IMG/VR virus record: IMGVR_UViG_3300010355_000898
Coordinates: 160,001 to 224,000 of that record
Length of the DNA: 64,000 nt
Strand: one strand, 5' to 3'
DNA from: a virus
Taxonomy: Duplodnaviria > Caudoviricetes
Part shown: positions 49,765 through 58,123 of the stretch, piece by piece
Layout: each line of letters opens with the position of its first letter
Numbering within the stretch: position 1 is the stretch's first letter
Notes under the pieces: model-generated
What the model saw: the letters and a program-made list of their open reading frames with translations, nothing else
What the model was told of the DNA's origin: nothing
The model's database searches: none
Translations under genes and position numbers: made by a program

Positions 49765-50429
49765 CAGTCTCTATTGGATTTTACTGAGTACATGGTACCT
49801 GAGCCTGAATTTTTCTGTTCAGAACTTTTTAAAAGATCTTTGTCTAATATCTCAACAATCCCCAGATATCCCATTAGGGATGATTTTCTGTTCTTGATTG
49901 AGAAAGATCTCAATCGAACGTTTACGTATCCAATTTCAGAATTGCCCATTTTGCATTTTGTTTCAAAATCTCTGTGCTGCTCAATGGCTTCTTTCCACTC
50001 AGCATATACACGATCTCTGTCTCTGTCTGAGATTCCCATTACCCATCCATTACCATTCGCTTCATAGGGCATTAATCCTGTTAATTCACACATTTTTTTT
50101 GAAGCCCATGTTATTTCACCATCAACATTTGCTTCAAAATATCCAATGTTCAGGTGTGCAATTATTGCACCCATTTTGCTGTCATTCAATGTTGCCTGAG
50201 CTTCAATACGTTCTATGAGATCTCTCAAAGAATTACCACCATTGGGTCGGAATTCTTTTGACATCATATCAAGAGTTCCAGCATATTCATCAAATTTTGC
50301 AACAAATAGCATCATTTTTTTTGCAAATTTGATTGCAGGTCTTATCATATACTTCCATAAACCAGCAACTACAGTTCCTGCAGAAATCGCTATTGACAAA
50401 TATAGAAGTATCAAATCCATTTGTTGCAT
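49764..50429 (-). CDS. Membrane-anchored PAS-domain protein with no output domain
   Basis: TM helix (LILLYLSIAISAGTVVAGLW), FRPNGGNSLRD linker, then PAS pattern YFEANVDGEITWAS..CELTG....NGNGW...DRDRV...W...GYLG. Confidence 0.8.
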   Translation of the reverse strand: MQQMDLILLYLSIAISAGTVVAGLWKYMIRPAIKFAKKMMLFVAKFDEYAGTLDMMSKEFRPNGGNSLRDLIERIEAQATLNDSKMGAIIAHLNIGYFEANVDGEITWASKKMCELTGLMPYEANGNGWVMGISDRDRDRVYAEWKEAIEQHRDFETKCKMGNSEIGYVNVRLRSFSIKNRKSSLMGYLGIVEILDKDLLKSSEQKNSGSGTMYSVKSNRD

Positions 50430-50545
50430 TATCCTGTACATAACTATCACAAATTTGTAATTTGAATTGTATGCATGCGAATGATGTCATTTTTGGTAAG
50501 GATTTGATTGATTGTGTCAAACAAGTTATTGAATACGTACATAGA

Positions 50546-51685
50546 ATGACATCAATTGATAAAAGTATATTCATTAATGAAAAATTGAATATTCAATCAT
50601 CAATCAGTACAGCTGCAAAATTTAAGCCAAATCAATCACAACAAAAGAACATATATGATATCATAATGAATGCTGCAATCAGAGCAGAGATGATATCTCC
50701 TGGATCTTTTGAAAAGACACTCAATTTAATCGTCAATTCATACAGTGGTAACCAACATTTGAATGACAAAAAGAAAATTGGGGTCAATCTGGATGGTAAG
50801 AATGATATGTTGGTGAGGCACCAATCAACCACTGATTGGGAAACTGTTGTCAATAGATTTATTGCAACGTTGGGATCTGATTTTGACATGTTTATGGATG
50901 CAATCAAACTTGCAGGATTTGCAGGAAAAATTCAGATTGAAAAATCTGTCAATGAATATGATATCATTCATAAACGTTCAGGTTTCAATTTCAGTCTTCA
51001 AACGTTTGGAAACATTAAACGTTTACTTAACACAAAAATTGTGATCATTGATGGTTTGATTGAGAACGTATCAGAAGTTCACAATATGTTGTCTGTTTGT
51101 GCTGAAACAAAATGTCCATTAACAATTGTTGCAAGAGGATACAGTGATGATGTTTTGAACACAATCAATGTTAACAATTTGAGAGGATCATTTCAGGTAT
51201 TGCCATTGGCTGCAAAATTTGATATTGCAACTGCAAACACATTGGTTGACATTGCAGTCATTTCAAAAAGTGATATCATTTCATCATTGAAAGGTGAGTT
51301 GATTTCAACTGTCAAATTTGATACGCTGAAATATGTTGATGAGATCAATGTGAATGGTGACATTGTTACAATGAAAAATTGTGTTGACGTCACAACACAT
51401 ATCAAACAATTGCAAAAAAAGAGGGAAGAAGTTGATGAAAGTGTTCAATATGTGTATGATGACAGAATAAAATCATTGTCACAAAATCTTGTCATATTGA
51501 AATTGAAAAATGACATCAACTTTGTGAATAGAGCACAAAAATTTGACGTTGCAATCAGAACACTGCAATCATACATAAAATTTGGAATTTATGAAGATGA
51601 ATTGGCTGCAACCCAATATGCTTCTGAAGTGTATTCAAGATCATGTTTAAGGATGATTAACAGTTTGGGTGCAATCATTTCATAA
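50546..51685 (+). CDS. Divergent, shortened GroEL-like chaperonin
   Basis: Apical domain IVIIDGLIENVSEV...PLTIVARGYSDDVLNTINVNNLRG, DIAV, DRIKSL; GDGTTT absent. Confidence 0.75.
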   Translation: MTSIDKSIFINEKLNIQSSISTAAKFKPNQSQQKNIYDIIMNAAIRAEMISPGSFEKTLNLIVNSYSGNQHLNDKKKIGVNLDGKNDMLVRHQSTTDWETVVNRFIATLGSDFDMFMDAIKLAGFAGKIQIEKSVNEYDIIHKRSGFNFSLQTFGNIKRLLNTKIVIIDGLIENVSEVHNMLSVCAETKCPLTIVARGYSDDVLNTINVNNLRGSFQVLPLAAKFDIATANTLVDIAVISKSDIISSLKGELISTVKFDTLKYVDEINVNGDIVTMKNCVDVTTHIKQLQKKREEVDESVQYVYDDRIKSLSQNLVILKLKNDINFVNRAQKFDVAIRTLQSYIKFGIYEDELAATQYASEVYSRSCLRMINSLGAIIS

Positions 51686-52598
51686 CTGATTTTAAGTCTT
51701 CTGGCGTTATTTTACCATTTGCAATCATTTGCACTAATGATTTTGCACTTCTTGGCATTTTTTCAATATTTGCCATCAATTTACCCTTGTCAACATCAGA
51801 CAATTTTGATGTATTCTGTTGAATTGTGCCATTTGTTTGTGCTGTTTGTTGCCTTTTTTGCAAAATTTCTTGGCTATTTTTGAATGTATTGACAACTGAA
51901 TACAAATCTTCAATTGGTTTTCCCATTAATTCTTTCACATGCGCATCAAGTTTTTGTTCATCAAATATGCCCTTGAATACGCTGAGAATATTTTTGAGAT
52001 CAGCACTGAAAGCTTTTTTCAATAGTAACGCAACCCTTTGACTATTTTTTCCACAAGCAACTGCAATTGGTAACTGTTTTGCAATAACTTTACTCATGTT
52101 TGGATTTTGTATGTTATATTTGATGATCTTGAAATCATTTGCAATCTTCAATATATGTTTTTTGTCAAGTTTTCCAGATTTGATCATATTTTGTAAACTT
52201 TCAGCATCATATTGACTAAAATTTTCAACAACTTTTACTGACTGTTTATATCCTCTTTCAAGAAATAGACCAAAATTTACAACACTGTCACTTACAGATT
52301 TTCCAATCATTTGTCTTGCAAAACTTTTCAAAACATTTGAGTCTGCAACATGTGATATGACATCATCAATTGCTGTTGCAACAACTTCTGTACACCCAGG
52401 CTGTTTTTTTACAACATCAAGAATTCTTTTTGCTGAATTGATTTTATCAAGATCGTTCTGATTCAATTGAAATCTGAATGCGTCCTTTACCCTATCACCA
52501 ATTCCAGCTTCATTCAATATCACATTTGAAGCTTCAGTTATTCTTTCAAGTGCTTCAGGATGTTTTTTGATTGTGTACAGTGTTTTTAGAGAACTCAT
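51675..52598 (-). CDS. Hypothetical protein, possible internal virion protein
   Basis: ATATTTA 5 nt before ATG; ITEA and ILNEA motifs near the N-terminus. Confidence 0.65.
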   Translation of the reverse strand: MSSLKTLYTIKKHPEALERITEASNVILNEAGIGDRVKDAFRFQLNQNDLDKINSAKRILDVVKKQPGCTEVVATAIDDVISHVADSNVLKSFARQMIGKSVSDSVVNFGLFLERGYKQSVKVVENFSQYDAESLQNMIKSGKLDKKHILKIANDFKIIKYNIQNPNMSKVIAKQLPIAVACGKNSQRVALLLKKAFSADLKNILSVFKGIFDEQKLDAHVKELMGKPIEDLYSVVNTFKNSQEILQKRQQTAQTNGTIQQNTSKLSDVDKGKLMANIEKMPRSAKSLVQMIANGKITPEDLKSVMK

Positions 52599-52620
52599 AA
52601 CGTTAAATATTCATTTACAA

Positions 52621-52649
52621 TTTACATAAGAACATTTCAGTTCTATAAT
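52621..52649 (+). promoter_or_regulatory. Sigma70-type promoter TTTACA-N17-TATAAT; leaderless geometry
   Basis: -10 box ends 7 nt before ATG52657. Confidence 0.7.
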
Positions 52650-52656
52650 CATCAAT

Positions 52657-52866
52657 ATGAATAAGAATGAAAAAATTAAGGAATTGTGGAATGTTTTTCT
52701 TTTCACAAAGGAATTGACGTCAAAAAATTTGACTGAAGCTGTTTCAACCGGTAAACTGAAAGTTGATCCACAAACTCTTCAAACAATTATTGGTCTTGTT
52801 TCTTCAACTATCGATCAAGGATACAATAAAACATACCAGAAGACAGTCAAACTCTTTGATGAATAA
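52657..52866 (+). CDS. Small hypothetical protein
   Basis: 69-aa ORF after a strong promoter. Confidence 0.65.
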   Translation: MNKNEKIKELWNVFLFTKELTSKNLTEAVSTGKLKVDPQTLQTIIGLVSSTIDQGYNKTYQKTVKLFDE

Positions 52867-52874
52867 ATTGTTGT

Positions 52875-53336
52875 ATGTTGACAGCACAAAAACATCTGAT
52901 AAAATGTAAGTGTATACTTCCACAATTTAGAAAACAAAAAAATCCACCAAATCATCAATTTACTGTTATGTCAATATTGGAAGATGATGTTGTTAAACAA
53001 AAATTTGTGCAGTGTACAAATTGTGGTGTTATTCACAAAATTGTTGACATTTGTAAATCAGAAATTATGAATGGTGTTGAGAATACGTCACTGATATCAA
53101 TTGATGACATCAAAATGTCAATATCAGAAAAGTATTCAAAAATACTTGAAGCAAATTTTGCAGATCTTCCAACCTGGGAAATGGTTCAATTTATACTTGA
53201 GAATGAACAGTGGGGAAATTATGTGATCATTCAATCTGAAAAAATTGATGATCAGAAACAGGGTAAATTATTGCGCATATTGGGTGAAAATCTTTGTAAG
53301 ATTGAACCTTTTACAACTGGAGATGTTATCAAATGA
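52875..53336 (+). CDS. Zinc-ribbon-containing hypothetical protein
   Basis: CKC...H...CTNCG. Confidence 0.65.
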   Translation: MLTAQKHLIKCKCILPQFRKQKNPPNHQFTVMSILEDDVVKQKFVQCTNCGVIHKIVDICKSEIMNGVENTSLISIDDIKMSISEKYSKILEANFADLPTWEMVQFILENEQWGNYVIIQSEKIDDQKQGKLLRILGENLCKIEPFTTGDVIK

Positions 53337-53584
53337 ATGACACGTATAATCAGTTACAGTCTGAAAAAATTGTTGAAGAGAATGAACAATGCAGATTGAT
53401 TCTGAGCGAAATAAACAATTTTGGTATCTCTGACAGACAGAGACAGTATTTGATTTATCTACTTGCACTTGAACTTGAAAATCATGATTGTTTAAGAATA
53501 ATGATTGAAGCAACAAAGGAATGCAATCAATTGATTTGTGAACAACAAGGAAAAATATTTCTATTGCCTGAAGAGGAAAAATAA
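53333..53584 (+). CDS. Hypothetical protein
   Basis: 83-aa ORF coupled on both sides. Confidence 0.65.
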   Translation: MNDTYNQLQSEKIVEENEQCRLILSEINNFGISDRQRQYLIYLLALELENHDCLRIMIEATKECNQLICEQQGKIFLLPEEEK

Positions 53585-54162
53585 TGGGAAGAATATCTGG
53601 TAATAAGTTTTCAATTGGATCATATGATGAGCCCGTAATTATGGGATCAAATGATGGTGCAAGAATTGTCATGTTGCATGGTGATGTAACAGAATATTCA
53701 ATCGCCGCAACAATAATGCAATTGATTGCATATGCAAATATGAACAATAAAAAACCAATAACATTGGTCATATCAACATACGGTGGATCTGTTGATGAAA
53801 TGTTCAGTTTATATGATGTGATAAAATTTCTACCATGCCCAGTTCATACACTTGCATTGGGTAAAGTCATGTCAGCCGGTGTTCTATTGTTGGCTTCTGG
53901 AAAAAAGGGTCACAGAACCATTGGCAGTAATGCCAGAATTATGATTCATGCAATATCTGGGGGTGTTGGTGGTAATGTATTGGAAATTCTAAATCAGAGT
54001 GATGAGATCAAGAGAATGCAAGAACAGATGACAAAAACAATTCTTGCTGAAACAAAATTCACTGAAAAAGAATTGTCTGACATCATGAATAGTAAAGGTG
54101 ATGTGTACATTACACCTGAACAAGCAGTCAAATTTGGTATTGTTGATCAAATCATAAAATGA
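53584..54162 (+). CDS. clpP: Clp protease proteolytic subunit
   Basis: ISTYGGSV, GKVMSAG (Ser), IMIH (His), GDVYITPEQAVKFGIVD (Asp). Confidence 0.92.
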   Translation: MGRISGNKFSIGSYDEPVIMGSNDGARIVMLHGDVTEYSIAATIMQLIAYANMNNKKPITLVISTYGGSVDEMFSLYDVIKFLPCPVHTLALGKVMSAGVLLLASGKKGHRTIGSNARIMIHAISGGVGGNVLEILNQSDEIKRMQEQMTKTILAETKFTEKELSDIMNSKGDVYITPEQAVKFGIVDQIIK

Positions 54163-54166
54163 TTTG

Positions 54167-54194
54167 TGTACATATGACAGATCGTATGTATGAT
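54167..54194 (+). promoter_or_regulatory. Sigma70-type promoter TGTACA-N16-TATGAT; leaderless geometry
   Basis: -10 box ends 8 nt before ATG54203. Confidence 0.6.
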
Positions 54195-54202
54195 GTTTCA
54201 TC

Positions 54203-55837
54203 ATGTATAATGTTACGTTTGATCAATGTAAGCAATATTTTCCACTGAAACAAGCAAGACATTCACAACAAACAGCAATTGAATTTGCAGTGAATGCTTT
54301 CAATAGTGGAAAAAAATTTGTAATACTTGAATTACCTGTTGGCTGTGGAAAGTCTGCTGTTGGTGTAACAATTGCAAACTATTTCAATTCAAATCCAATT
54401 GGAAATCAGTCAGGTGCTTACATTTTGACAACACAAAAAGTTTTACAGGATCAGTATGTTTCTGATTTTGGTCCCAAAAGTTTGAATATTTTGAGATCAA
54501 TAAAATCAAGTTCAAATTATCAATGTTTACATAATAGAGATCAAACTTGTGCTGAAAGCAGAAGAGTTCTATTTCAATTGAGAGAACAATTGGCAGGAAC
54601 CGAATATGCAAAAGTTTGTGGTTGTAAATGTAGTTACAAACTTGACAAAGATAAGTTTATTCAGTCTCTGATTGGTGTTACAAACTTTTCATATTTTCTT
54701 GCTGAGACAGCATATAAAGGTGATTTGACGCCAAGACAATTGTTGATAATAGATGAAGCACACAATATTGAAAGTGAATTGTCAAAAGTGATTGAAATTT
54801 CATTTTCAGAAAAGGTTGCAAAAAAATTGTTGGGATGTAAATTGATGAAAAAACAACCAACGCAAGAGAATGTTTACAAATGGTTGACAACTTCATACAT
54901 TGTAGCGCTCAAAAAATATATTGCAAATCTTCAAATCAAATTGAGTAATGCATTGAGAACTGCAAATACAGTTCTTGGGAAAGAGTATGCTCAACAATTT
55001 GAGAAACTTGATAAACATATTTGTAAGGTTAATCGTTTCATTGATGAATATAATCAGGAAAATTGGATTTTGAATGTAAGCATTGATGAAAAAACAAAAT
55101 TGAAAAAATTTGAATTCAAACCAATTGATGTGTCAACTTATGGCAATGACAAATTGTACAAATTTGGTGAAAAAGTTTTGTTAATGTCAGCGACAATAAT
55201 CAATAAAGAAGCATTTTGTGAATCAATTGGTATACCAATGAATGATGTCGAATTTTTGAGTTTACCTTCAACATTTCCAGTTGAAAATAGACTTATTCAT
55301 TTTATGCCAGTTGGAAGTATGTCAAAGTCAATTATTGATATTACATTGCCAAAAATGGCAAAAGCAATTGAATACATTCTTGACAATCATCAAGAAAAAG
55401 GAATTATTCATACTGTGAATTACAGAATTGCTCAATACATTGTTGAGAATGTAAAATCAGATAGATTACTATTACATGATGCAACAAATAGAGAAGATGT
55501 TCTAAAAAAGCATATTGAATGCAGTGAAAATACTGTATTGATTTCACCTTCAATGACAGAAGGTGTTGATCTCTATGATCAGAACAGCAGATTTCAAATT
55601 ATATGTAAGGTACCATTTCCATATTTGGGTGATGAAATGGTAAAACGCCGTATGGAAAGAAGCAAAATTTGGTACAATTTTCAGACAGCAAAAACATTGA
55701 TTCAATCATTGGGAAGATCAGTGAGGAATGAAAATGATTATGCAATATCATACATACTTGACAATGATTGGGAAAAATTCTATAAATTGAATCAATCAAT
55801 ATTTCCAAATGATTTCAAACAATTATTGAGGATGTAA
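54203..55837 (+). CDS. DinG/Rad3-family SF2 helicase with Fe-S cysteines
   Basis: LPVGCGKS, Cys cluster, IIDEAHN, MSAT, EGVD, KVPFP, QSLGRSVR. Confidence 0.9.
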   Translation: MYNVTFDQCKQYFPLKQARHSQQTAIEFAVNAFNSGKKFVILELPVGCGKSAVGVTIANYFNSNPIGNQSGAYILTTQKVLQDQYVSDFGPKSLNILRSIKSSSNYQCLHNRDQTCAESRRVLFQLREQLAGTEYAKVCGCKCSYKLDKDKFIQSLIGVTNFSYFLAETAYKGDLTPRQLLIIDEAHNIESELSKVIEISFSEKVAKKLLGCKLMKKQPTQENVYKWLTTSYIVALKKYIANLQIKLSNALRTANTVLGKEYAQQFEKLDKHICKVNRFIDEYNQENWILNVSIDEKTKLKKFEFKPIDVSTYGNDKLYKFGEKVLLMSATIINKEAFCESIGIPMNDVEFLSLPSTFPVENRLIHFMPVGSMSKSIIDITLPKMAKAIEYILDNHQEKGIIHTVNYRIAQYIVENVKSDRLLLHDATNREDVLKKHIECSENTVLISPSMTEGVDLYDQNSRFQIICKVPFPYLGDEMVKRRMERSKIWYNFQTAKTLIQSLGRSVRNENDYAISYILDNDWEKFYKLNQSIFPNDFKQLLRM

Positions 55838-56091
55838 TGCCAAGGAACAAAAAAGTTGTAAATAATGTTGGTGTTGAAAGAACGCTTGAAAAATGGGAAG
55901 AGATAAAAATCTATATTCAAGCTTGTGATTTGGATGTGCACAACAATTTATTGAAAGGTAATCTGTCTGCTGGTAGAAGGATCAGAAATGCTTTTAGAGA
56001 GATAAAAAAACTTATACATCAATTTCAGATGGAAATCATGACAATTGATAAGAATAGAATTGAGCAAAAAGAAAACAAAGCTGATAAATAA
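55837..56091 (+). CDS. Histone H1-like (Hc1-type) small DNA-binding protein
   Basis: KGNLSAGRRIRNAFREIKKL matches the GNxxAGxRxR motif. Confidence 0.6.
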   Translation: MPRNKKVVNNVGVERTLEKWEEIKIYIQACDLDVHNNLLKGNLSAGRRIRNAFREIKKLIHQFQMEIMTIDKNRIEQKENKADK

Positions 56092-56107
56092 ATTAGAGGA
56101 AAAAGTA

Positions 56108-56422
56108 ATGCCATCATCTAGAGCAATTCTTTCAGATATTTTGCATAAAGGTTTAGATCCAAAAACATCATACACATCAACTGGCAAAGATGGAAAATTG
56201 ATGCATCATATTTCTGTTGAACAAAAGATTGAGCAACCTGAACAAAAAATTGTTGAACAGGATGAAGAAATTGTTATTGAAGATATTGATGAAAATATTC
56301 AATCTGAAATTGATCAACAAAGTGTTGTTGATATCATAATTGAAGATGATGAAAATAAAAAGCCCATTTTGAATTCAAAACAGGCTGAAAAGAATGCACA
56401 AAAGAAATCAAAGAAAAAGTAA
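56108..56422 (+). CDS. Low-complexity acidic protein with basic tail
   Basis: Likely start MPSSRAIL after GAGG; E/D-rich centre, KKSKKK end. Confidence 0.6.
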   Translation: MPSSRAILSDILHKGLDPKTSYTSTGKDGKLMHHISVEQKIEQPEQKIVEQDEEIVIEDIDENIQSEIDQQSVVDIIIEDDENKKPILNSKQAEKNAQKKSKKK

Positions 56423-56662
56423 TTAGGTTTCTTTTTTGATTTTTGAGAAAACGTTTTTTTCAATTTGACATATTCTCATTCTTGTTAATGAGAACCATTT
56501 TCCTATTGTTTGAAGTGTGTGTGGACCATTTTGTGCTGCTATCATTATGCAATTATGATTGTCTTCGCAATTTAACCAATGTTTACATTGTGTTCTTTGA
56601 CAATGAACATTGTGTTTCATATGAGCGCCAAAACAAGTTATTCCTTCAACAATATTGTTCAT
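56423..56662 (-). CDS. Stand-alone sigma70 region 4.2 HTH protein with Cys/His-rich N-terminus
   Basis: HTLQTIGKWFSLTRMRICQIEKNVFSKIK aligns with RpoD [29 protein letters not shown]; five Cys and several His upstream. Confidence 0.85.
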   Translation of the reverse strand: MNNIVEGITCFGAHMKHNVHCQRTQCKHWLNCEDNHNCIMIAAQNGPHTLQTIGKWFSLTRMRICQIEKNVFSKIKKET

Positions 56663-56705
56663 AATTTAACCATCTATGATATAATGTAATTAACGCCTCT
56701 GAACA
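56656..56705. promoter_or_regulatory. Overlapping divergent promoters: + TGTTCA-N18-TATAAT (phoH) and - TGTTCA-N18-TATCAT (sigma-4 gene)
   Basis: + boxes at 56656-56661 and 56680-56685; - boxes at 56700-56705 and 56676-56681. Confidence 0.55.
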
Positions 56706-56728
56706 TGTTCATTGGCTATGGAGATACA

Positions 56729-58090
56729 GTGAGTAAAAAAACATACGTTCTTGATACAAATGTTCTTTTGAGCGATCCAAACTGTTTACATGCTTTTGAA
56801 GAGAATGATATCATAATTCCAATGGCAGTATTGGAAGAACTTGACAAACAAAAAAGTCGTCAAGATGATACAGGCAGAAATGCAAGAATTATTTCAAGAA
56901 TGTTGGATGATCTTAGAGATGGTTCAGGTATACTGAAAACAGGTGTTTCACTTGGAGAAAATTTTGGTAAGTTGAATGTTGCAACAATGCAATCTGACTA
57001 TATGAAAAACTTACCACCAGAAATGGTTGCATCAAAAGTTGATAACGTAATCATTGCATTCATGTTGCAATTGAAAAATAATAAACAGGAAGCAATATTG
57101 ATATCAAAAGACATCAATGTTAGACTTAAATGTGACAGTTTAGGTGTTAAATGTGAAGATTACAGAAAAATGAAAGTTGCTTCTGATAGGACGATGTTGT
57201 ATACTGGAGTACAAGTTGTCGACATATCAAATGAAATGATAAATGAATTCTATCAGAACAGATCATTACCAATTAAGGGTATTACTGAAACAGCACATCC
57301 AAATGAAATGTTTGTTTTGAAATGTGAAGGATCACAGAGTGCATTGGCAAAATGTGTTAATCAAAGTTTGGTTCCAATTTTGGATATCAAAAAGGTGCAT
57401 GGTTTAACACCAAAAAACAAAGAACAAAAATTTGCACTAGACCTACTATTTGATCCCAACATAAAGATGGTTTCATTGATAGGAATTCCAGGTTCTGGAA
57501 AAACAATATTGGCACTAGCTGCAGGTTTGGATCAGTTGAACTCAATAGCATCAAATGGAATGTCAAGATATGAGAGAATAATTGTTACAAAACCAGTCTT
57601 ACCAGTTGGACATGATATTGGATTTTTGCCCGGATCTCTTGAAGAGAAGATGGAACCATGGGTTGCGCCAATCAAAGATAATCTGAATTTTTTGATGTCA
57701 AATTCAGAACATGATGCAAGAAAAAAGAAGTTTGGTTTAAAGAGTGAAAGGAATGAATACATGTCAATGATGCTTGACAAGGGTCTCATAGAAATTGAGG
57801 CAATTACATTCATTAGAGGACGTTCAATTCCAAATTCTTATATCATAATAGATGAAGCACAAAATATATCATTGCATGAATTGAAGACAATCATAACTCG
57901 AGTTGGTGAAGGGACAAAAATAGTTTTGACTGGTGATATTGATCAGATAGATAATGTGCATTTGGATGCATACACAAATGGTTTAACATATGCTGCAGAA
58001 AAATTTAAGAATGTTTCAATTGCTGGACACATAAGTCTCATTAAGGGTGAAAGATCTGAGTTGGCAACACTTGCAGCCAATATTCTTTGA
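56729..58090 (+). CDS. phoH: PIN-PhoH fusion (PhoH2-type) protein
   Basis: YVLDTNVLL...VLEELD...SKDINVR (PIN); GIPGSGKT, IGFLPG, IRGRS, IIDEAQN, GDIDQID; GTG start with GGAG SD. Confidence 0.92.
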   Translation: MSKKTYVLDTNVLLSDPNCLHAFEENDIIIPMAVLEELDKQKSRQDDTGRNARIISRMLDDLRDGSGILKTGVSLGENFGKLNVATMQSDYMKNLPPEMVASKVDNVIIAFMLQLKNNKQEAILISKDINVRLKCDSLGVKCEDYRKMKVASDRTMLYTGVQVVDISNEMINEFYQNRSLPIKGITETAHPNEMFVLKCEGSQSALAKCVNQSLVPILDIKKVHGLTPKNKEQKFALDLLFDPNIKMVSLIGIPGSGKTILALAAGLDQLNSIASNGMSRYERIIVTKPVLPVGHDIGFLPGSLEEKMEPWVAPIKDNLNFLMSNSEHDARKKKFGLKSERNEYMSMMLDKGLIEIEAITFIRGRSIPNSYIIIDEAQNISLHELKTIITRVGEGTKIVLTGDIDQIDNVHLDAYTNGLTYAAEKFKNVSIAGHISLIKGERSELATLAANIL

Positions 58091-58123
58091 CATCAAGATG
58101 CCCTCAGAGAATACTTTAATGTT

